This document shows, piece after piece, positions 26,532-41,500 of a DNA stretch of 64,000 nucleotides. The stretch covers positions 39,308,001-39,372,000 of the forward strand of contig CAIIXF020000001.1 of the NCBI GenBank assembly GCA_903813345.2, in the 5' to 3' direction. A program made the position numbers and the translations under genes. Under the pieces are notes generated by a model that was not told the DNA's origin, did not search any database, and saw nothing but the letters and a program-made list of their open reading frames with translations. This stretch comes from Owenia fusiformis (Eukaryota). Position 1 is the stretch's first letter, and every line of letters begins with the position of its first letter.

Positions 26532-28233
26532 TACTTTGTCCAGTTGAATATTTAGAAAACAAATGATATCAGTATAATTTTTTGTAAAAACTTTTGTATT
26601 ACTTTTAGTTAAAATATCTAAATTGAAATTTGTATCCATACCCAGAAATAAGGAGAAAGCTGGTATGTTATCATTTTTAGGAACAGACAATCTATTGAAC
26701 AGGCACTGAACTCAGATAACTGTTCTTATTTTCTCAATGGCCAAAAGAATGAGGCCAGTAGAAAATAAGTGAATTAGTTCATGTAATAGACACTGATTTG
26801 AGAGAAAATGACCGAGTTTTGTGTTTACTTTGAACTTGCTGTAATAGTATAAAGCTGATCCTACTCATTAGTGATGGAAGTGGGATTAAAGGTGTTTTCG
26901 TTTCTGTGTATGCTTTGATCGTTAACAAACATTCAAATTGAATCATGCCTCGTAGATTTAAAAAGGAAGTTTGAATAACTGGCTATCTTAGATGAAATTT
27001 AAACCAGACTTACAATCATAAACCATAAAGATGTACAGAATGATTGGTCTAGTCTAGTCTTGGATGAAATCTATTCTTAAGCTGACTAAGCTGTTGTAAT
27101 AATGTCATATTTTTTTTTCTATTACGATGCTTTTTCCTTTTGTGTTAAAATATTATTAATAAAAAATGAGCTCAATTTGAAGTTGCAGAAATATAATTCA
27201 GACTGGTTCCTCTGAGGATGGGAAACACTTACTCCTGCGCTAGTAGACATGATTTTGCAATTAACCAGACATTTTTTCGTAAAAATCCCTAGTAACAAAA
27301 TATAAGAGACATATATACTACAATTTTACCCATTAGGAATAATCTTTCAGAATATGTCATACGGCTTAATGAAGCAATAAACCAATAGAGCAATTTGGGA
27401 TAGGTCCTTCTGTAGGGAAATAGGTTTGGACTATTGTTTTATAAAGAATTCTGGATAGAGCAGAATAGATTAGACTCGAGGGATTATTAACTGGTGATAA
27501 GCTTCTTGAAATATTGCTTCACTAAATTGCTCAACTCTAATACCAAACACATCTTTGTTCCCCAGAAAACATTTGGCAGTTTGCTAGTTTCCATCTGTCA
27601 CTGTGGTAGTTGTAATCACTCGGCACCATGAAGGTGATGTAACAGCAGGTATTGAGGATGTGGTTTATATCAACCATCCTGAAGTTATAAAACTACATGT
27701 AAATGTAACAGTCATATTCCACTTAGATACTAATGCACAAGGCTTTCATTTTAGTGGTTTAATCATGTTAATAGGTTTCTTTAACTTTAACTAAGACTAA
27801 ACTCTATATATAAGTAGTCATCCTTTATTTTAATGTGTTTTTCTCAAGAAGCATATAAGAGCATCACAAGTGTTCCATTTTGTTGTATTAGAGTCCTTCA
27901 AAATAATGCTCCAATTATGGAACTCACAATTGCTATTGTCTGACTTAGGAGAAGGATCAGTGTAGACAAGATATTGCCCTAGTAGAGGAGCATCACTGAA
28001 GAAGACTTAATGAAAATGTGTATCCTACAAAATTTCTCACCAAAACTATATTTAGAAGGCATATGGCTGTTAGAACATAAGGGCGAGGGACAAACTTCAG
28101 GTGATCCAAGGTTACTATTATAGTTCAGTGTCTGATATAACATTGCCTAATGATTCCCCTCAAGAAAGTATCGTGAAAAACACAAGTCTAATTGCTCCCA
28201 AATGTTGGTACAATTAGAAGAAGGTATAAATAG

Positions 28234-28876
28234 TAGTGGTGCTACGATAAATCGGCAACTCGAATAATCACTCGTTTGGGGAAAAAAATTTGAAATTCGA
28301 TTTTTGTTTTCACCTCCGATTTCGGCTCGAATTGTGTATCATTCGAGTTGGGTTACGTCAATTCGAGTCAGGAACACTATTTACTATAAAAGTACTTACA
28401 TGTTGATCTATAATCAGCTAATAAAACGTAAAATAACATGTAGAAAACAATTTTTTTTGTTCATTTCTTTTACTTCCGGGATCTAACCTTATCAGTGAGC
28501 CCTGGACGAAATGCTACAGTAGGATAATAGTAGGGTCAGAGCCTCGTTTTGAAGTTGGGTGCTGCAAATTCTATAGCTGGAACCGCTAATAGCAAAATAA
28601 TTAAATGCATTTCGAAATTTTATTTCCGGGCGTCTTTTTTATTTGTTATACGCCTTTAGAGTTGATAAAATAAACAAAAAACATGTTTGAAGGTATGTAA
28701 CACATTGCACTTTATTTGTTTTTTCAATAACATCGATGATTTACATCAAAAAAGTGGTTGGCAGCGGGTTGGGAGATTCCCTTCAAAACTTTGGAAAAAA
28801 TCGAATTTATTCGATTAATCGTCGTCAGTTTGGTACCGATAATCGAGTCCGAAAATTCGGGCGAGTCCCACCACTA
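28234..28876. mobile_element. Non-autonomous hAT-type element
   Basis: TAGTGGTG...CACCACTA termini and a perfect 8-bp TSD ATAAATAG (28226-28233, 28877-28884). CpG-rich TCGA subterminal repeats contrast with the CpG-poor flanks. Confidence 0.9.
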
Positions 28877-31800
28877 ATAAATAGTTGGTAATTGTTACCA
28901 TTTTAAAACATAGAACACCAATATTTCTTGTGTGATGTTTCGTATACAAAGTGTCATTTGTCGAAATTGTTTTAACACTTGACTATGGAACTTGGTTCTT
29001 CAGAAAATTGGTCCATGATATAGCAATTCCTAAATAGTGGTTCTTAACAGAGAGGCGTTCCATCCAAATTGTTTAAAGTCGGAAAATGTTCATACTTGAA
29101 CGACTAATGTTGTGTGCATGTCTACTCTAAAAGTCAGGAAATGTGGGTATCACTTTGTTATGTATTATACATATCATTGATTGAGTCTTCATAACGTGAG
29201 TGCTTCAGAGTGAGCTAATTGGATTTGATAGCTTTACCTATAATTATTGCCCTGTAACGTGTAATATGTACTCTAACTCTGCCAAGCCTGAGTCTAATTT
29301 GAATCCGCAACCTACGTATAATATTCTACAATTATATTATGGGCTACACTGTGTCAGATTGACTTAGATCATCATCATTATCATTTAATGCATCAATAAC
29401 CCTGTCCTGTGTAATAGAATGAAAACATTCCAATGCATTCATAATCTGTCATTGAAGGGAATATATTCTAGTTGTTTTACATCAATGGTTCAGTCATCTA
29501 GTTACAGATTCATATAACATGGGATGTGGATTTGTGGATGGTGTTCAGCGTTTGGTGGTCGGTGTATGGTGTCTGTAACAAATGGCATGAGTTGACATTT
29601 TCCATGTTATGCCTTATGTTTTAGATTCCAAATCCTGAATAAGATTTATAGTATTTCAATTCTTACATTATGACTAACACAGTCTGTCAAATATAATATG
29701 AATCTTTTGATCTTATGTAATTGCTCATCCTTATAAAATAGATAAAAGATTGGCAATCTTGGTCACATGTTGGAGCTGTATTTTAGCCTGTTAATATATT
29801 TTCATAATTCATGCCCTTTGTATCCCTGTGTTGTGACATAGAAATGGCATAACCATGATAAAAGTAGGTGGAATTGAACAACTAACTCTATATTCCATTA
29901 TTCAGTATATTTGTATTGAAGTAAATCTAAATTAATGTACTTCTTCAGCTACCATTGATTGTAATACAGTATATTATGGGCATCTATTTAAGGAACTGTT
30001 GTTATGAGATTGCCTATAAATGAACATAATGTGAACTATTCTAGTCTTCACTTGTAACTTACCAGAATCATTAGGCTTGTTGCATTACTGATACAATTTC
30101 TTAATAAACCACAAGTGAAATGTTCCAGAAAGTTGCAACTTAACTATGTTTATTCAATCTAAGGATGTGATAAAATAAGATATGCTAGCATAAATGAGAT
30201 TCTAACATTGTCATGATTTCTATGTTATTCAGAACAACTTTGAGGAAATAGCAAGAATACCGTGAAAAAGTAAGAAATACATTACTGAATTAGAGAAATG
30301 GAATAGGTATATACGCTTGACCATACTCAGACTGGCATGTTCAATATTGTTTGGTATTAGATTACATGTTTTTGTGATGTCCAACTGGGGCTATTTCCTC
30401 TTGTAAATCATACGTTTTTATTGGCGGCAATTTTGTTGGACTCCGGCAGAGTCGCCGGATGATCATTCCACATAGTTTATTAGCAATTTTCTATATTATT
30501 GATTTGCTCCTTGGTAATGGTGTCTGAGTACTTTTGGGAGGTAACCCATCAATAGATTCACATTCTTGTCATTCCTTATTTAAAGACAGAAAAGTCTGTG
30601 ACGCCTGATTTATTTTTTAATGAATGTGAAGAATATGAAAATTATCCATACAAACAAAGATTGGCCGAGGAACTAAAAGACAAAGCTGACTTACAAATGG
30701 TGCTCTTATGTGAATACCTTTATAATTTGCCATCCAAATTACACATTACATGATTCTGTAGGGAAAAATATGTTTCATAAGTGGTGTCAAATACTTATTA
30801 GTGTGCCAAGCACATTTGGTTATGTGTTTTCAGAAATAATTTGATTGCGTGCTCTAAGTTGGAAAATGCAAATTTGGATTCAGGGGATTTACCATTGTAC
30901 TAAGATCTTATTCCATAGTTAGCCAGCCAGTCGATATTCTTCATTTTTGCTTGAATAGATGGGCTAATATGCATTGGGGGATTTAATTATTTCAGAGGTG
31001 TTAGTGAATGCTAAGTGCAATGTAGCTTACAAATACAATTTTCCAATGTAAAATAAGAATGCCTCTAGTCATCATGGAAACAGTGTTGTTTCATCATGGT
31101 AAACCATTACAATTTCGATCTATTTAAATCAGAGATTGCCCATCATGAGAAATATTTTTATTAGTAGTTCCTTTTTAGAAAGTTTGTCGAAAAACAGAAA
31201 GATGTGATGAGAATACCAGAATGTAAATGCAGATTGTTCTTTTCAAGAGGAGATTTAATGAGAAACAAAATGGTGACATCCGGAGTGAGAATACACATGG
31301 AATAGAAGCCTGTGAAAATGTACTGCAAGGTCAAATATATACAGACTACATCTGTCAAATAACCTTAACCTAAACCCTCTGTTTACATTCTAATTTGTGT
31401 AAAATTCAATAAATATTTAATGAGGATGTCGAAGAGAATAGTTTGTTGTCATATTCTTATACCAGTAACTGTACAAACTATCTGATACCCTCAGACTCAG
31501 AAAGATAGGACGAATAAAATATATTGTTGATGCGGAAAGGGTGATAAAGCTAAAACCCTCCTTTGTAAATGTGAAGTCAGATTAACTCTTAAAAATGGTA
31601 TTCTCATCATTTACATACTTCATATTTCAGCAAACAAATTTTTCAATCTTACCACTAGAATCTGATTTGGGAAGACTCATTATCTATTATCTCATTACCA
31701 TATGAAACGTAGAGCTAATTGTAGAAATATATTTCTTGGAGTGATTGATTGTATTGGGTGGTAAGTTGGTCAGGGTTTGCTGCGTATTATAGATCCAATA

Positions 31801-32636
31801 GTACCCTGTATATTAAAGTAGCATGATAATCTCCACTGGTCATAGATTTATTCATCTCCAGGGAGAGAATGTGATGATCTAAATTCTACTGTAATAATCT
31901 ATATACCCACTAGAATAATTCTGTCCTCAATTATGAAAGCCTTTTCTATTGGGTCAGTCCCCCGGGGTCTTATGTTGATTTTAGATCTCCCGATGAGCTA
32001 TGGCTGTGAAATAACAGACCATCAAAGAGCTGCTTGATAGAGTACTCCAGTGGGTAGATGCTCATCAATACTATATAATACAATGAAGCGCTGAGATTCC
32101 TACAAAAACATACCATTGAAATTATGGTGATGTTTTCTTGTCATAAAAGCATGAACCCTATGAGGTAACACGGAGGGACTCTGTGACCAGTTAATGAAGT
32201 TTTACATTACCAAGTCTTATTCAATATTCTAGTATGTATTTCCCTGAAGCCCACTCTCTCATAAAGAACTGAAATCTCAAACTTAAAAAGGGTTAGAGCT
32301 TCAACAAGCAAACTACTAGAATTTGTCTCATTCGGATCTACCAGATCCCCTTTTATATTAGTTTTGGCCAATTTTGACTACCAATACATTATAATAAAGT
32401 TGGAGCAACATAGATTCAGATATTTAACAATCTTGCATGTTGTTTTTTGGCGAGAACTTTTTGCTAAAAAGGTATTGATTCTATATGTATATATTATTCA
32501 CTAGTCTAGCGTCATTCAGCCCAACTAATGTCATTGGCACTAGTGTATTAATAGAGTTATGGCACATATTTTTAATTTATTTGGTTAACCAAACCCCCCT
32601 TTGTATTCCATCAGAAATTTTATGACTAGGTCTTAA

Positions 32637-33053
32637 GGTTATTCTTTCCAAACAACATGTTTGAAAAAATGCTATACCTGCCCATGTTATTTTCTGGTAC
32701 AAAATAATATATGAAGGCATGTGTGTATTTCCTTGCTTTTTTCAGCAGAAGTATCCTTGCAATGTCTTCTTTTAGTAAACCTGGTAACAGGTCAATGGCA
32801 ACTCCTGAAAATGCTGATATTTCAAGAAAAATCATTCAAAATGGTCGCCTTTTCAATTTTCCAAATTTATTCTCCAAGTTTCTCAATAACACTGGATTTC
32901 CATTGACCACTTACTAGGTTCACTTAGTTATGGCAATGTAATGATACTTTCCTGAAAAAAGCAAAGAAAATGCCTTCATACTTTAATTTGTACCGAAAAA
33001 TAACATGGGCAGGTATAGCATTTTTTCAAAAATGTTGTTTGGAAAGAATAACC
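32637..33053. mobile_element. Kolobok-type MITE with long TIRs
   Basis: GG...CC termini and TTAA at 32633-32636 and 33054-33057. Imperfect inverted repeats exceed 100 bp (GGTTATTCTTTCCAAACAACAT...). Confidence 0.85.
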
Positions 33054-36000
33054 TTAACAGCAGATCTTGCCAGATTCAGGCCTGTGATTTAGATTACCAC
33101 TAAATGTGTACTATTATGTAAGCAGATATTGGGGATTGATCATCCTTTGATCTTGCTGTAGGGACTTAAAGAGGCACATTGTTCAAGAAATCATTCAGAT
33201 ATTGTGTACCTCAGTATGATAAAAGTGATGCATACATTTTGGGGATTGATCATTCTCTTCTTTTTTGGCAATGCTTGTATTGATCGCTGTACAATTTTAC
33301 TAATAGAAATATTTTCACGCTGCTTTTCAGTTATGACTCAAAGCCTAGAAAATGATACAGAACTTACTCGTATCCAAGATATATTGCTACTAGATCTGTC
33401 AATATTCCAATTTGATGTTTTACTTCCCCCAGCGTATTTTTAGCATGTACTTGAACTATCATATCTTTGAGCAGAGTCTTTGGGTAAAACTTGAGTGGAA
33501 ATGTTTCAGAAAGATAACCCAAATAGACTCTGGTCCTAAAACAACAGGGCTACTGCCATAAGCTGAAAAACATTTGCTTCTATCTTTATATGTTACAGGC
33601 ATATTGAGGATAAGCAGGTTTTATCTCTTGTGTATTGCTTGTCATGTTCAATTCAATGGATTACCATTCTTAGATGCTAACATAATACAATTTTGCTAAA
33701 GCCTCTCCCAGTTAATGTAGTATTAAAGTGGGACATATTGCCTTAACTTCAGAGTTATTAGAATTGTCAATGAATAAATGGTGATATAACAATCCACCAG
33801 ATAGTTTTTTAAAAATATAATAGTGTAAGAAAACTGGATAGACCCAATTTGTTGAAAGAAACATGTATTACAAGCTTGTCATTTTATTCACAATTTTCAA
33901 ACATGAGCCAATATTTAGTAGAAATATAAGATAAGTTTCTCAGATTTACAAGAGAAAATCTGAAGTACCCCTGACCTATATTATATTAATTTATTAATAG
34001 ATTACGCTGGGAATGTTCATGGTTGCTCTGCAGTCTTTCATTAGCTGATGATTTTTTGCAATTAACAATGTATTAGGTTCAGAAATGTCCTGAAAATATA
34101 AGCAAAACTTGTAATCATCCCCACTTAATGTTTTTCTCTCTTGTTGTCTGTTTTATTCTGAAATGCATTAAATCCGAAGAATCGTGATTGATCTGGAAAT
34201 AAGTAGGTGTAATCTGAATATGTTCACCTATAAAATGGTATAAGTGAAAAAGATGATCCTGGGAATAACAACTTGAATCGGCTTGCCTACAAACTGTAAT
34301 ATAGTTTCAATGTTATGTCAGGCATGTGGTTCTTGGTATTTCGAAAATTAATATTTCAAATACATTTTTAATTTGTACCTATTTCTTGATCATGTATTTA
34401 TGTATTTATGTATTTATTGTTGCTGTTGTTGTTCATTGTCTTGAAATTGTCTAAAATCAAACCATGGGTTCACATTATGTTTTGAAATCAGGCCACATAC
34501 TCTTGTCTATTCAGCGTTGACACATTGCACAGTTATAAAAAAAATTATTATTGAATTGAATATAATACATATCAATAGAAAGTACATTTTGAAATATGCT
34601 GTCTACCCACCCACATTGAAAATGTCACAATGGGGCTGTTTTTTAAACATTAAAAAGAATGGAGATAATAGTTAGCTATATGTTTAAAATAATGAATAAA
34701 TATGGAAGGAGCCTTTGAAATTATCAGTACATGCAGGAGAAATAGGCAATATGTAGAGACTTTTTAGAGAAATTGTTGTAAATTGGTCTGGCCAGATTGT
34801 GAGTTTGGAGGCTTGGGTAATTACTTAGTTGACAGGTGTTGAATGGCTCTATCTAGGGTATGCAACCACAGTTATTTCACAATTCTAGAAAACACCTAGA
34901 CCAGATTAGATATATATAGTCCAGATATAATTCTAAGTCTATAAAACAGCATAAGATATTGACTCAATACTTTCAAATAATATGGGTTCTGATATAGTAT
35001 TATGCAAAATATTTTCACATTTTGAGATCTGTTAGTTGTTCTATAGACAAAACATTTGGTTCTGTTCTTTTTGAAACAGGATCAGAAAGTTTTTTAGTTT
35101 GCATGTAACAGCAATGTCTGAACCTAAATAAACCTGAAAACTACACCATCGTTATAATTGTGATTGGTGTAAAATACCCAGCAGTTTGCCTGGAGGTTGG
35201 ATCAGCAAAATCAGGGTGTTAATGTAAAACACATAGCCGAGTATCATTAAACATCAGACCATGATTTATATCACAGTCTCATAAAAACAACAAGTGCAAA
35301 TCTTGCAGATTTCCTCCTGATTTTAACGAAATCTAAATAATTCATAAACATTTTGTTCAGTCCTTCTTTGTCTGGTGATCAATAGCTTACATGACAATTT
35401 GACAGATCATTTCCACAGCATGAAAATTCACAAGAATGAACAACATTTTCCCAAGACAGGTGAAAGGAATCTGCAAATCCGTTGATTTCCTGGTACAAGT
35501 GCAACAACAAGCTAGACCTTTGCCAACCTTGAAATCTATTCCATATGCAAGTGACGCCTTGATATGCAATCAGAACATGGCACAGCAAGATCTCTTGGGA
35601 AAATTGAAATTTTTATCTATGTGAGAAACATGCTCTTTTATTTCACTTCCCATGTTCTCCATACTGATCTACCAGTGTATTTCTGTCAAGCGTATGTAAT
35701 ATCTTGATGAATCAAGATGATATTCCCAGCAATTTAAGCACATTGTCTTCCTGTTCATAATCTCCTTACGGGTTCACAATCATGCAGCCAGATCATTTAG
35801 GGTGCAGCACTAAGGTACAACAATAGGGTTAAATTACTAGAAATTTTGTAGATACTCTTCAGATATTTCAGATTTATTGCTGAGAAGAATTTCAATGTCA
35901 TGGTTTATCAAGATGGGAGCTAGAGTTTTAAACTGTTATAGCGAAGGTTTTTTCATGCCTTTCAAGTGTTACCCCTTGTGCTTTCTGCCAGTTGAAGACA

Positions 36001-38448
36001 GTTTGCAGAGTGGAAAAAATGGTCAAAATTCCAATAATTTGGGTATTTCCTAGTCATGACACTCAGTTAAGAATCTTGCAAGTATGTGAGATATTTCATT
36101 CACCTGTCAAGGAGAGATAGTGACATTACTATGATCAGGATGGCATACTAGTATTATGCAGGGTTAAATCTATTGTCAAGATTATGGATTATCAGCTGTT
36201 GTTTTATACTGACGAGTGTCAGACAGGTACATGATATAGTTATGTCTCATATGCCTAATGGATGAGTACTATTTTTAACACGCCATTATATTAGCACTGA
36301 ATAACATCACACTATCCCCATTCCAATAAAATACTAATTTCATTAGGATGATTTTTATCTCATAGGCTTAGATAGTAATATTGTCAGGCAGTAGACTATA
36401 TGGCTTAATAGATGGCATGTGTGATGTGAAGCAAATATTTATTCCAATATTAATTCCTTTATGTAATAATAGATAGCGTGCTAGTTTGGATTTGGATTTC
36501 ATACTTTTAGCTGCATTACATTAGGATAGATGGCACATCAGCATATTCATGAATTGTGTTTGCCTTTAGCCAAGATTGGTACAATTTATATGCAAAAGTT
36601 GATTGAATTATTGTATGTATTGATTAGGCTACCCTGTGATTCAAGTGCTACAGAATTGTGTTATGTGTTTATTACATCGCTGGAAGTGCATTTCAATCTA
36701 TTTGTTTACACAGTGAAGAATGAGTGGAAATTCAAGTCTGAAATAAAGTGAGTGATGAAAAATGTTGGCAGGCCTGTTTCATGTCAAAAATGCTATATAT
36801 TGTGACACAACTTAGCCAGATTAGGAAAAATCTAGTCCCCTTATTTTTCTTTTTTTCTGTGTAGGAGGGAAGTTAACTTTCAATATATGAAATTGCTCAT
36901 ATAATATAATATGAGAAAGTAAATTAGAGTTGAGTATTTAAAATTGAATTTTTGGAACTTGAAGGCCATTGCATTTTAATGCAATTTGGGTACATTTACT
37001 TTTAGGGAAAAATCTTCTACGGTTCTTACATAACAGTATAATAAATTGTTTTTAGAGACTCCATACTCATTTCAACATATTTGTCAATTTGAATTATTAT
37101 CCATTTGATTAACAGGTTATTCATTTACATGAAACCAGAGCTCTGCATTTTACCACTTGTGCGTTACATCATTATCGCCAATCTGCCTGACACTAACCAT
37201 TTAATGAAATTATCATTATCTGTGAATTATCTAATATTGGTAGCGTCTAGTGACATCATTGTTTAACTGATATCTTTGATTATCTTCCAGTTATGATATG
37301 GCAACTACATTATTAAATGATTGTCATGGTTTGTTACATTTAATTATAGTATAAATGATACAATCTTGTAATGGGGAGTTTATTTAAAGAATTGCAATTA
37401 CAGCTGAAGAATTGATGATGTTGTCTTTGAATTTCTCCACAGGTACTCTAAGAGTTGGTGGTTCTTGATTATTGGTAGTATCAGTCTTGTTTATTGACCA
37501 ATAGAGGCCAATATAGGGAGTTGTAAAGCTGCCAATAAGCAGATATAACACATGCAAGTAGATTGGTAACAATCCACTTAGATATGAGTGCCTTACAAAC
37601 TGTAACCATATAGAATTTATCACATTTTGGAAGAAAACACAGGGGTACTAAAGTAGCCGAAATGATGAGACAGAATTTGGATTAATATATCATTGACTTG
37701 GATTGCAGATATGTTTTGAATACTAACATGTCACATTAGACCAGCTGTAGACACAAGGACACCAGGGGTTGCAGAGTGTTGATTTTTGTTTTATTTAGGA
37801 GGATTTTAGCAGTTGGTGCAGAGGAATACAAACACATGGTGCTTCGTGTTGATGGACATTGTTTTCAACAAGCGCTTTTCAGGAATAGTATACCCCCTAA
37901 TGCCTGGATCTATGACTTGAGGATTATTCTTTCTTATGATTTTCAATGTGTAGCGACTGTATTCCTGAGGAACAGTAACCTAAGCTGTCATTTTACTACA
38001 GAGTGCAAGGAACTACAGGGTGTATACTGAAAGGATCATTATTCATAAGAATTCTTTTAACTTTCTAAAGGAATTACAGCATTGTTAATGAGTGACAAAT
38101 CTTGGAATTTTCAACTGGTTTTGGTATTACCTCCAACCCAAATTTGGATTTACCCAGAGTCTAATGCCGCTAACGAACATTGAAGGATTTACCAGAAGCT
38201 TATTCTTTCTTAGGATTTACAATATATGTATGTGATCATACTTTCTTAGGATCTGAGTAGAGGATTACCCTGTGATTAGGGCGTGTGTATGGTATATGCT
38301 GCTGTGATCGAACTCTGGTATTCTTTCTCATGATCCCTACCCCAGATTGGATTACCTCATGGTATATGGTGCTGTAACATTGTAGGATCATCTATATGCA
38401 GTTATTCTCTTGCTCACTATTGTTGTTTTTGTGTTCAGGTAAGGGTGT

Positions 38449-38527
38449 ATGTATGCAGAGGTTATGACACTGTGGCTGCAGGCGTGGCTTGCCCTCGTCT
38501 TACTGGTGCTCGTTGTCACATCAGATG
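38449..38527 (+). CDS. Lar: LAR-family receptor tyrosine phosphatase, first coding exon (signal peptide)
   Basis: Pyrimidine-rich acceptor ttgttgtttttgtgttcAG ends at 38438. In-frame ATGs at 38449 and 38464 give MYAEVMTLWLQAWLALVLLVLVVTSD, a hydrophobic signal-peptide-like stretch. Donor G|GTAAGT at 38527/38528 is phase 1 and joins in frame to the Ig1 exon (G+AT=Asp). Confidence 0.8.
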
Positions 38528-41500
38528 GTAAGTACAAATACTTTTTTATTATGACATTTTACGTAACACCAGATTTCATTCGGATGTATCTAGATTTAAA
38601 TTGACCCACTCCTCACCTTTGCCCTACTAAAGCAAGCCTCAACCAATAGCTGAAATTAAAAAAAAACAATTGGCTGTTTGGTAATTACTAAAATAGGAGT
38701 TAAGTACAGCGATAGTGCTTTTGTCCGATATCTTTAGGCTATTGTTAATAATGAATGAAGATTAAATGGGTGAATGTTTTTAGTCTTTTGGGAAAATTCA
38801 GCTTTGCTTATTGAAATATTAGTATCTAGTATGTTTTATTTTATGGGATTTTATTCTTCTTAAATCTTGCATCAAGTGTCTATTTTTCTTTCACCTATTT
38901 CTCCAGCTTTTGTCCATCTTGGATTTCCAAGATGTTGTCATAAATGAAAAATAAGTGAGTTTTGTCATCCTCTTAACAGAGGGGCTCAGACATCATCCAC
39001 CAGTTAATTGAAGGAAGAAATGTGTATGATATATGGAGCCCTGCATTCGGAGAATGGGGTTTTGTATGCAAGATGTAGAAACATGCAATAAGGGTTAGGG
39101 GAGAGGTCACTTATACACAAAGTTGATTCTAAAGGACCCTTTACTTGTTAACATACATTCTTTATGATCTATATATTACCATATAATCAGTAAACTGGGA
39201 TAGATTTTGCCAGTCCCTTGACTCAATGAATCAATGATTGAACCCTGGGGACAATGAGACAACACTGAGCAGACAATATTACACTTGCATAAACCAAGCC
39301 TCTCTACTCCTTTTTGGGGAATTTGATTACCTGAAACACTGATTGTGTATTCGGGAGGAAGGAATCAGCCAGTCATGGGAGTTGTATGCAAATAGCATGC
39401 ATGCTCGGGTGCATTTTGATGACAATTTTAGAATGTGTAGCAACTACTGAATGAAGGTTGCGAGGCTTTGGGTAATTTTCTGTGAAGTAATGATTAAAAA
39501 ACAACAATTGGTGATTTATTTCACAGCGTGCAAAGTTAACTCAACTTACTTTTTATCATTGGAACTTTTGTCCAGGTGCAAAACACTTTCCCCGATTTAA
39601 TATAAATATTTCATTAATTTTGATTTTATAAAAGAAACTTGTTTTTCGTGAAATTAATAAGAGGTGTTTTGAATAAATAGTCCTTTGGGGTAGAATGATG
39701 GATCTTGTAGGAGAAATTACCTTTGAGTAAAATATTAAATTGTGGTCATATTTCAAAAATGGAAATTAAGAGCAATGGAAAGAGTGAAACAGTGATAAAG
39801 ATATACCAGAAATATAGACTTACCATTGAGAAATTCTAGTCACGATCTTAAAGGAGTAATATTGTATTAATTGCCATTGCAAATGTTATTCAGTTAAAGG
39901 GAGCATAAAGTTGTATTAAAATAGTGACAAACTACAAAACATGATTTGTTATATGCTACATTTTTTACAGTCTGTTGTCCTTTAATTTTCCTTCAAACAG
40001 TAGTATTTCCTTTTGTAGTATTTGTTGAATTAAACTAAACGAGGCTGGTTTTATTGTAATTTCTGACATAATTGCTTTGGCAACTCTTGGAAAATACAGT
40101 CGCCATCAAGATTCCTGTACCATTCTCAAGTTGCCCCTAATGTCCTTAATTCAATATAAAATACATTAGGCAAGTCACTATTACAACATCTCTGATGTTC
40201 TTGATTACAGTGTAATAACAATTATCTAAGAACATTCTCTGAAACTTCATTGACATTATTTCATTGAGAAGAAACACATTGCATGAATTATATTATCCTC
40301 TTTTCTTCAATATATGTTAATTATAACATAATAAATGTTCATTTTAAGAGAACTTTAATATTGCAATAAAAAAATTTATATGGATATAAAAATTGATTTG
40401 GAAATACTGAATAAGTATAACATCTTTGATGAGTGACTTTATTTTCATTTCAGTTAAATAAATGAAGATGGCATATTTTATTTACACTTGTATAATTACA
40501 CGAATATCATGTATAGGAAACATCTATATGCAAGTGAGTGATGGATCTAGGTTATCTATCTACCATGGTTCAAAGAACATATATTATTAGAACCAATGGG
40601 GTGAAAATATGAATTATGATAAAAATGAAATATATGACATTCCTTGGGGTCATATAATCAATAACTGATTGGTGTAACTAAAATGGCATCTGCTCTGTAA
40701 TTTAATTTGACTTGTAATAGCCATCGGTCAGTTAAATGCATAAAATATTCATTGGTAGAATAATATTTATCTTAAGTATTAATTTGAAACCATTATGATA
40801 CCATTAAGAAAACCAACAAATGACTCACAGACTGACTACTATATCTATACTGTAGTATTGGTAGATTGTTGATATCATGTGTTCATAAAACAAAATAAAT
40901 ATTTAGAACAAATAAATAATCATTTGATGAAGTACCTATCATGTACATGTGCTAATATGAACCAAAAAATGATGTTGATGAAGCTTTTTTCTTCATTGAT
41001 ATTGCCTTGCGGGGAAATGTATTATTTTCCATAATTTTATTATTACTACAACAGTATATCAGATCATAGGAAGTCTCTTAATATCAAGTGTAAATATTAG
41101 GTATGATTTTAGAAATTCTCCCGTGTATCTTCTCATTTTCACTACAGATCTCATAGGCCATGATTGAGTAGAAATATATTTAAATGTTTTCCCAGATGGA
41201 AATTGATATTCCAGTTTGTATATCACAAGCACCAGGAGTAAGAAAATATAGCATATTCTGATATTTCTTCAAAATATAATCACTCAAGCGCAAATCAAAT
41301 TATTGCTACATCATATGTGTCTTTCATGATTGGTGTTTCGCAGATGAAAGTGTTGGAGAAATATGTTATGAATAAAAATAAATAGCCATATTCTTGACTT
41401 GATTCTCCTGGTCTTTGATCATGACTGGTTCAATAACATACTTGCACTCGACCCTGGCTAGAAAAATAGTCATATTACCTCAACTCATGAATGCTCAAAA

